NCBI GenBank assembly: GCA_020060565.1
Contig: JAGVAE010000003.1
Span: 20,072-84,071, forward strand
From: Candidatus Woesebacteria bacterium
GTDB lineage: Bacteria; Patescibacteriota; Microgenomatia; UBA8517
DNA length: 64,000 nucleotides
Reading direction: 5' to 3'
Shown here: positions 57,674 through 64,000 of the stretch, piece after piece
Numbering within the stretch: the first letter of the stretch is position 1
Layout: each line of letters begins with the position of its first letter
The notes under the pieces: generated by a model
Told to the model about the DNA's origin: nothing
What the model saw: only the letters and a program-made list of their open reading frames with translations
Databases searched by the model: none
Position numbers and translations under genes: made by a program

Positions 57674-59941
57674 ATGACTGTCCACCCAATTGTAGTTAAC
57701 TTCAAAGATATTGATAAGCATGATGTACCTCTGGTTGGAGGAAAGAGTGCAAACTTGGGAGAAATGATTAAAGCAGGTTTTCCAGTTCCATCTGGTTTTG
57801 CCATTACAATCAACGCCTACGACTCATTTTTAGAAGAAAATGAAGTATCAAAAAAAATATATGACATTCTAGCAACAACTGACGTTAACGATCCAGCCCA
57901 ACTTGAAAGCGCTTCAAAGAGAATCCAAAGAATGATAGAGTTATGTAAAATCCCCGATGATGTAGTCCAGGATGTCATTAAAGCCTACAAGAAGCTTTCG
58001 GGAGCATTTAAAAAGGCCTTGGTAGCTGTTAGGTCTTCTGCAACCGCGGAAGACTCAGGAAGTACCTCATTTGCGGGCCAACAAGCAAGTTTTCTTAATG
58101 TTCAAGGGGAGGCAAATTTATTAATGAGTGTTAAACAATGTTGGGCATCACTTTTTACAGCTCGCTCTATTTACTATCGTGTTGAAAATAAAATTAAACA
58201 CGAGACAGTTAAGATTTCAGTAATTGTACAAAAAATGGTTCAAAGTGAAGTCTCTGGAGTTATGTTTTCCATAGATCCTTCAAAAAACGATAAGGATAGA
58301 ATAATTATCGAATCCGTCTGGGGATTAGGAGAAATGATTGTTCAAGGAGCAGTCATTCCTGATAAATATGTAGTTCAAAAAGGAACATTTGATATTCTAT
58401 CAAAAGAAGTCTCGGATCAATCTATTCAACTGGTTGGAATAAAAGGTGGAAAAAACAAGGAAACTGAAGTCCCTCTAAATATTCGCGATAAGCAAAAGAT
58501 TACGGATGAAGAAATAATAAAACTGGCAAAAATTGCTGCAAAACTTCAGGAACATTATTATTTTCCACAGGACGCCGAATGGGCTAAGGAAAAGGGGGAA
58601 TTGTATATAGTTCAAACAAGACCAATTACAACAATTGCTCAAACTAATAAGACAGTAAAAATGGATAAAATGGATTTAAAAATTTCAGAAGTTCCAATTC
58701 TAAGTGGAGCCTCAGCTTCCCCAGGAGTAGGAACGGGTCCTGTTAAGATTTTAAAAAGTCCCAAGGAAATAAACATGCTGCAAAAGGGGGACGTATTAGT
58801 TGCACCCATGACATCTCCTGATTATGTACCTGCAATGAAAAAATCGGCTGCCATAATAACAGATGAAGGTGGTCAAACTTCTCATGCTGCAATTGTAAGT
58901 CGCGAACTTGGAATTCCCTGTGTGGTTGGCACCAAAACTGCAACCACAACCCTAAAAAATGGAATGATTGTAAGTGTTGATGGTGCATCTGGTAACATTT
59001 ATATGGGAGCTAAAGTCGCAGAAACCAATGTAAAAGAAGCTAAGAAAACTCCAACACGCTATAAGATTAAAACTGCAACTAAGGTATATGTAAACCTGGG
59101 GGAGCCAGAAAGGGCTGAGGAAATTGCCAAAATGCATGTAGATGGAGTGGGGCTTTTAAGGGCTGAGTTTATGATAGCCAACATAGGTATCCACCCCAAA
59201 GAAGCAATAAAACGAAAAGAGCAAGGAAAATTTGTAGAAAAACTGGCGAGAGATATTGAAAAATTCTGTAAAGCTTTTTATCCAAGACCTATTACATACC
59301 GTGCAACCGACTTTAAAACCAACGAGTATAGAAGTCTACCAGGTGGAAAATTTTGGGAGCCAGTTGAACCCAACCCAATGCTTGGCTTTAGGGGTGCGTT
59401 TAGGTATGTAAATAATCCCGAGGTGTTTAGTTTAGAGCTTGAAGCTATTAAAAAAGTGAGAGAGAAATTTGACAATCTTCATTTAATGATTCCATTTTGT
59501 AGATCTCCCGAAGAACTTGCTAAGGTGAGAAGATTGGTGGCTTCAGAAGGGCTTTTTGAAAGCACAACTTTTAAGTTTTTGATGATGTGTGAGATACCTA
59601 CGAACGTAATTCAGATAGAGGATTTTATAAAAGTAGGAATAGATGGAGTCTCAGTTGGCTCAAACGATTTAACAATGCTAATCCTTGGCACAGATCGTGA
59701 CAATGCTGATGTAGCTCAAGAATATAATGAAATTTCTCCAAGTGTACTTTGGGCATTGAAAAGAGTTATTAAAAAATGTGGACAGATGGGTGTAACTTGT
59801 TCAATTTGTGGGCAGGCTGCTTCAACCTACGAGGATTTGGTAAAAAAGCTAGTTAAGTGGGGAATTACATCCGTCTCAGTTAATCCAGATACCATAGATA
59901 GAACTCGAGAAATAGTAAAAAAGGCAGAGGAGGAAGTATAA
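57674..59941 (+). CDS. ppsA: Phosphoenolpyruvate synthase (pyruvate, water dikinase)
   Basis: N-terminal PPDK_N ATP-grasp; mobile phosphohistidine domain GGQTSHAAIVSRELGIPCVVG; C-terminal PEP-utilising TIM domain (CGQAAS). 755 aa fits PpsA rather than PPDK. Confidence 0.75.
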   Translation: MTVHPIVVNFKDIDKHDVPLVGGKSANLGEMIKAGFPVPSGFAITINAYDSFLEENEVSKKIYDILATTDVNDPAQLESASKRIQRMIELCKIPDDVVQDVIKAYKKLSGAFKKALVAVRSSATAEDSGSTSFAGQQASFLNVQGEANLLMSVKQCWASLFTARSIYYRVENKIKHETVKISVIVQKMVQSEVSGVMFSIDPSKNDKDRIIIESVWGLGEMIVQGAVIPDKYVVQKGTFDILSKEVSDQSIQLVGIKGGKNKETEVPLNIRDKQKITDEEIIKLAKIAAKLQEHYYFPQDAEWAKEKGELYIVQTRPITTIAQTNKTVKMDKMDLKISEVPILSGASASPGVGTGPVKILKSPKEINMLQKGDVLVAPMTSPDYVPAMKKSAAIITDEGGQTSHAAIVSRELGIPCVVGTKTATTTLKNGMIVSVDGASGNIYMGAKVAETNVKEAKKTPTRYKIKTATKVYVNLGEPERAEEIAKMHVDGVGLLRAEFMIANIGIHPKEAIKRKEQGKFVEKLARDIEKFCKAFYPRPITYRATDFKTNEYRSLPGGKFWEPVEPNPMLGFRGAFRYVNNPEVFSLELEAIKKVREKFDNLHLMIPFCRSPEELAKVRRLVASEGLFESTTFKFLMMCEIPTNVIQIEDFIKVGIDGVSVGSNDLTMLILGTDRDNADVAQEYNEISPSVLWALKRVIKKCGQMGVTCSICGQAASTYEDLVKKLVKWGITSVSVNPDTIDRTREIVKKAEEEV

Positions 59942-59943
59942 AA

Positions 59944-61212
59944 ATGTCGCAAATCAAGCACATCTGGGCTAGGGAAATATTAGATTCCAGAGGAATTCCA
60001 ACAGTTGAGGCTGCATGCATGCTGGATAATGGTGGAGTATCAGTTTCATCAGTTCCTGCGGGAACATCAACTGGTAGCCATGAAGCTCTTGAACTTCGTG
60101 ATGTTGACAATCCCAGATATCTTGGCCAAGGGGTGTTAAAAGCAGTAGAAAACGTAAATGGAATATTGGGACGTTCCTTAATAGGACTGGACCCTACTAA
60201 TCAACAAACCATAGACAATAAATTAATTGAAGTTGACGCAACCGAGAATAAAAGTAAATATGGAGCAAACGCAATACTTGCCATCTCTGAAGCTGTTTTA
60301 AAGGGGGGGGCAACTGCAGTAAATCAACCCCTTTATGCCTGGATATATCAATTGGCGTCTCGTAATAAAATTACTTCAAATGTAAAAATTCCTACAGCTC
60401 TTTTTAATATGGTTAATGGTGGATTACATGGTGCGGGAAATCTAGACTTTCAGGAATTTTGGGTAGTTCCTGCTAGCAATAAAAGCTTTGCAGAAGGTCT
60501 TCAAATAGGGGTAGAGATATACCAAACAATAGGCTTGAATCTCTCAAGACGTGGTGCAATTCATTCAGTTGGACATGAAGGTGGATATGCACCAAACCTT
60601 TTCACAAACGCAGACGCGTTCGAAGTGTTTATTGAATCTATCAAGCAAACCAATTACTCACTGGGACGTGATGTTTTTCTAGGTCTTGATGTTGCCTCTA
60701 ACTCTTTTTATAAAGACGGAGAATATGTGATAAAAGATAAAAATGCAGCGATGGACGATAGTCAATTTTTAGAATATTACAAAAGTTTATACGATCAATA
60801 TAAATTAGCTATTATTGAAGACCCATATCAAGAAGATGCTTGGGATAGTTGGAAAAAGATGGTCAGCTCAATGGGAGATTCACTACTTGTGGTAGGGGAC
60901 GATTTGTTGGCTACAAATCCTAAAAGGGTTCAAAAAGCTATTTCAGAAAAAGCTTGTAATGCGGCAGTAATAAAACCAAACCAAATAGGTACAGTTACAG
61001 AAACATTAAATGTAATCAAAATGGTAAAGGATGCTGGTTGGAAAATAGTGGTCTCGCATAGATCAGGTGAAACAAACGATAGCTTCATAGCTGATTTTTC
61101 GGTTGGTGTTGCGGCTGACTACATAAAATCAGGTGCTCCAGCAAGGGGGGAAAGAGTAGCAAAGTATAATAGACTATCCTCAATTGAACTGGAGCTTTCA
61201 AGTATAAAATAA
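59944..61212 (+). CDS. eno: Enolase
   Basis: IWAREILDSRGIPTVE and SHRSGETNDSFIADFSVG signatures. Confidence 0.9.
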   Translation: MSQIKHIWAREILDSRGIPTVEAACMLDNGGVSVSSVPAGTSTGSHEALELRDVDNPRYLGQGVLKAVENVNGILGRSLIGLDPTNQQTIDNKLIEVDATENKSKYGANAILAISEAVLKGGATAVNQPLYAWIYQLASRNKITSNVKIPTALFNMVNGGLHGAGNLDFQEFWVVPASNKSFAEGLQIGVEIYQTIGLNLSRRGAIHSVGHEGGYAPNLFTNADAFEVFIESIKQTNYSLGRDVFLGLDVASNSFYKDGEYVIKDKNAAMDDSQFLEYYKSLYDQYKLAIIEDPYQEDAWDSWKKMVSSMGDSLLVVGDDLLATNPKRVQKAISEKACNAAVIKPNQIGTVTETLNVIKMVKDAGWKIVVSHRSGETNDSFIADFSVGVAADYIKSGAPARGERVAKYNRLSSIELELSSIK

Positions 61213-61213
61213 C

Positions 61214-62872
61214 ATGAACCCAGATTCATCAAAACTTGTTCTTTTAGTAGTACTTGATGGTTGGGGTTTGGCAGCTCCTGGTCCAGGTAATGCCATATCT
61301 CAAGGAAATATAGTGAATGTAAATAAGTTTTGGGCAAGCTATCCCCATACTCAACTAGAAGCCTCTGGAGAGGCGGTCGGTCTTCCGCGAGGAGAGGTGG
61401 GAAATACTGAAACAGGACACCTTAATTTGGGAGCGGGTCGTATAGTTTACCAGGATTTACTGCGTATTAATTTAAACGTTGCTGACGGAGTTTTTTTTCA
61501 AAATGAGACTCTAATAGCCGCAATTAACCATGCTAAACAAAATAAATCAAATCTTCATTTAATGGGATTAATGGGAGCCGGGGGGGTCCATAGTAACATT
61601 GAACACCTTTACGCTTTAATCGAACTTGCTAAAAAACAAAATTTCGACAGGCTTTACCTTCATCTTTTTACTGATGGTAGAGATTCCCCACCAACAGCAG
61701 CAAAAGTTTATTTATCCCAAATTAGAGAAGTTCTTGCTAAAGAAGAAATTGGTCAAATAGCAACTATAATGGGACGGTATTGGGCTATGGATCGAGATTT
61801 AAGATGGGATAGAACAGCAAAAGCTTATTTTGCTTTAACAAAAGAGCAAGGCCATCTAGTTAAGACACCTGAGGAAGCTATTGACATGTCCTACCCAGAA
61901 GGTAAAACCGACGAATTTATCGATCCCTCAATCGTAACAGACGTAAAAGGTGTACCACTTCCTAGAGTCAAGGATAATGATGCTGTTATATTTTTTAATT
62001 TTAGAATTGATAGACCTAGACAACTGTCTCGAGCTTTTGTATTTGACGACTTTAAAACTGCAAACGTAGCTGCTGGATTTGATCCTTACCAAGTAAAATA
62101 TACAAAAACGCACCTTCCAATTGAACCAAAAGATACACAAGAACCCTTTAATAGAGGGCAAAAGCTTCAGAATCTCTTCTTTGTTACCATGACCGAATAT
62201 AGTAAACAGATAACAATGGCAGGAGCCAAAGTCGCTTTTCCGCCAGAATCGGTAAAAATTCCCTTAGGAAGAGTAATATCTGAATCAGGATTTAGGCAAC
62301 TTAGAGTATCAGAAAGTGAAAAGGAGCGTTTTGTAACCTACTATTTTAATGGTCAGCATGAAATTCCTTTTGATGGAGAGGATAGAATGATAATACCTTC
62401 ACCAAAAGTAGCTACGTACGATCTTAAGCCAGAAATGAGCGCAATTGAAATAACTGATGCAATTTTGGCAAAATTAAAAGATTCCACGGATTATAAATTT
62501 ATTTTAGTCAATTTTGCTAATCCTGATATGGTGGGTCATACAGGTAACATTGGAGCAACTGCTAAAGCTTGTGAGGTTGTTGATGAATGTTTAGGAAAGC
62601 TAGCATCCTGGATACTCGCATATGGTGGTACACTTCTTGTTACAGGAGATCACGGGAATGCAGAAGAAATGATTGATTCAAGAACTGGACAGATCGAAAC
62701 CGAACATAATGATAACCCTGTTCCTTTTATTGCCATCTCAAAAAATCTTTTGGGTAAATCTCAAGTTCTTACATCTGGAATTTTAGCTGATATAGCTCCA
62801 ACCGTACTGAAAATACTTGGAATAAATGTACCCGCAAGTATGACAGGAAGAAATCTCCTTGATATTTTGTAA
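61214..62872 (+). CDS. gpmI: 2,3-bisphosphoglycerate-independent phosphoglycerate mutase
   Basis: VVLDGWG N-terminus; [11 protein letters not shown]; [10 protein letters not shown] at the C-terminus. 552 aa. Confidence 0.85.
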   Translation: MNPDSSKLVLLVVLDGWGLAAPGPGNAISQGNIVNVNKFWASYPHTQLEASGEAVGLPRGEVGNTETGHLNLGAGRIVYQDLLRINLNVADGVFFQNETLIAAINHAKQNKSNLHLMGLMGAGGVHSNIEHLYALIELAKKQNFDRLYLHLFTDGRDSPPTAAKVYLSQIREVLAKEEIGQIATIMGRYWAMDRDLRWDRTAKAYFALTKEQGHLVKTPEEAIDMSYPEGKTDEFIDPSIVTDVKGVPLPRVKDNDAVIFFNFRIDRPRQLSRAFVFDDFKTANVAAGFDPYQVKYTKTHLPIEPKDTQEPFNRGQKLQNLFFVTMTEYSKQITMAGAKVAFPPESVKIPLGRVISESGFRQLRVSESEKERFVTYYFNGQHEIPFDGEDRMIIPSPKVATYDLKPEMSAIEITDAILAKLKDSTDYKFILVNFANPDMVGHTGNIGATAKACEVVDECLGKLASWILAYGGTLLVTGDHGNAEEMIDSRTGQIETEHNDNPVPFIAISKNLLGKSQVLTSGILADIAPTVLKILGINVPASMTGRNLLDIL

Positions 62873-62895
62873 TACAATCTATACTATTTCCTAAT

Positions 62896-63546
62896 ATGGA
62901 TATAATTTTATTTTTGATTGATTTTATTCTCCACATAGACGTTCATTTGGGAGAAATTATTTCCACTTACGGATTTGCAACTTATGCAATACTTTTTTTT
63001 ATAATATTTATAGAAACTGGTATTGTATTTACTCCATTTCTCCCTGGAGACTCACTTCTTTTTGCTGCAGGAGCATTTGCAGCCCTGGGATCTTTAAACA
63101 TAGTATCAATATTAATACTTTTAATAATTGCAGCAATCTTAGGAGACACCTGCAATTATTGGATAGGCCATTTTTTTGGAGAAAAGCTAGTAGCCAATCC
63201 AAAAGTACCTATAAACAAGAGCCATATCGAAGAAACCCAGAAATTTTTTGATAAGCATGGAGGCAAAACCATAATTCTTGCAAGGTTTGTTCCTATTGTC
63301 AGAACCTTTGCTCCGTTTGTTGCGGGCATAGGCAAAATGTCATACAAACACTTTATTTCCTATAACATCATAGGAGGAATCATTTGGGTTGTTGTTGCTA
63401 GCCTTGCAGGTTACTTCTTTGGTAATATTTCCTTTGTCAAGGAAAACTTTTCACTGATAATTTTTGCTGTAATTATTATTTCAGTTCTTCCCATGGCCAT
63501 CCCTATTGGAATTAAACTAACAAAGAGAATTATTAAAAGAATTTAA
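62896..63546 (+). CDS. DedA/VTT (SNARE-associated) family membrane protein
   Basis: [21 protein letters not shown] and GHFFGEK motifs; 4-6 TM segments. Confidence 0.75.
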   Translation: MDIILFLIDFILHIDVHLGEIISTYGFATYAILFFIIFIETGIVFTPFLPGDSLLFAAGAFAALGSLNIVSILILLIIAAILGDTCNYWIGHFFGEKLVANPKVPINKSHIEETQKFFDKHGGKTIILARFVPIVRTFAPFVAGIGKMSYKHFISYNIIGGIIWVVVASLAGYFFGNISFVKENFSLIIFAVIIISVLPMAIPIGIKLTKRIIKRI

Positions 63547-63599
63547 AATCTATAATATTCCTCAATAATCACATATAATACTCAAAATTGTGTTAGCTT

Positions 63600-63998
63600 A
63601 TGATAGAAAGAAATCAGGATTATATTGAAAAGCTGATTGGTATAAATGACGTTCGTGTTAGTGTGTCAACAGCTAAAGGAATGCTATTTATTGAACAACG
63701 TGAATTGGACAATAACCTACACCCAACTGAATATTCCTTTAGGTTTGAATTTCCCTACATAGAGAGTGCTGTCGAGAGTTTCGGCTCATCATCCGTTGCT
63801 TGGGGAGCCGTATCAAACCTTTTTCTCTCAGCGTCATTATTGTCGTGTACAACTGGAATCATTAACGAAAACTTTCACATTTTTACTCGACTCCTTTGTA
63901 TATGTTGTGGTTATAGTCTTTTTCGGTTGGGAATCAATACACTAAATTTTGCTCAATATGACATAAAAACTCTCTCCTGTTTAAATAAACATCATTAA
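63600..63998 (+). CDS. Hypothetical protein
   Basis: A 132-aa ORF with a Cys-rich tail (CICCGYS). No recognisable domain. Confidence 0.3.
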   Translation: MIERNQDYIEKLIGINDVRVSVSTAKGMLFIEQRELDNNLHPTEYSFRFEFPYIESAVESFGSSSVAWGAVSNLFLSASLLSCTTGIINENFHIFTRLLCICCGYSLFRLGINTLNFAQYDIKTLSCLNKHH

Positions 63999-64000
63999 AA

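Noticed and set aside
399-63347. Numerous 60-160-aa antisense or out-of-frame ORFs inside long conserved genes (for example 399-671, 2140-2331, 8578-9060, 9631-9975, 12547-12912, 16259-16731, 23396-23827, 26163-26870, 51047-51541, 55265-55555, 56586-56906, 58743-59137)
   Set aside because: They are fully embedded in well-supported coding regions on the other strand or frame, with no independent signals. Such ORFs are an expected by-product in AT-rich sequence.
1-64000. CRISPR arrays, IS elements/transposases, integrases, rRNA genes
   Set aside because: No regularly spaced direct repeats, no terminal inverted repeats flanking transposase-like ORFs, and no DDE or tyrosine-recombinase motifs were seen in any frame.

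Overview
The window reads as a contiguous, gene-dense, low-GC bacterial chromosome segment, almost entirely plus-strand core genes. Gene content and architecture point to a reduced-genome lineage, possibly CPR/Patescibacteria-like, but that is inference. Supporting signs are fused Mur enzymes, a truncated MurF, a short HolA-like protein, an archaeal-type PGI/PMI, a CBS-less IMPDH and a group I intron in a tRNA.

Layout:
- 1-15.4 kb: a rearranged division/cell-wall (dcw) cluster. Order is murE (fused to a GlmU-type uridyltransferase domain), murC-murB fusion, murD, murI, ddl, murF, mraY, ftsW, murG, ftsQ, ftsA, ftsZ.
- 15.7-24.2 kb: ileS, a second SEDS protein, rplU and rpmA split by an antisense Cys-rich gene, an orphan parB, lepB, and a CBS-less IMPDH/GMPR-family gene.
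- 24.3-38.1 kb: tRNA-Val, a frameshifted secreted prealbumin-repeat/lipase gene, and a seven-gene envelope glycosylation locus (methyltransferase, GT4, GtrB-like GT2, Wzx flippase, GT-C, GT2 fragment, Wzy/WaaL-like). Then an Ig-like surface protein, tRNA-Thr, an FNR-like/ArsR pair, tRNA-Gly, a LysM protein, and an intron-containing tRNA. The insert has P/Q/R/S-like conserved elements of a group I intron.
- 38-44 kb: several unknown small proteins interspersed with PolX, LemA and HtpX.
- 44-64 kb: gatC, gatA, an inserted MFS transporter, gatB, a small GGDEF protein (GGDEA variant), dnaE, rplS, ruvC, a SprT-like peptidase and a short holA-like gene. Then a glycolysis/gluconeogenesis block (phosphohexomutase, PGI/PMI, ppsA, eno, gpmI) and a DedA protein.

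No CRISPR arrays, transposases or rRNA genes were seen.

The strongest candidates for something new are:
- the group I intron-bearing tRNA and the unknown genes around it;
- the MurE-GlmU(N-domain) fusion;
- the GtrB-like GT2 / flippase / GT-C glycosylation module next to candidate surface-protein substrates;
- the GGDEF protein embedded in a gatB-dnaE operon;
- a trio of unknown small genes at 42.4-43.8 kb.
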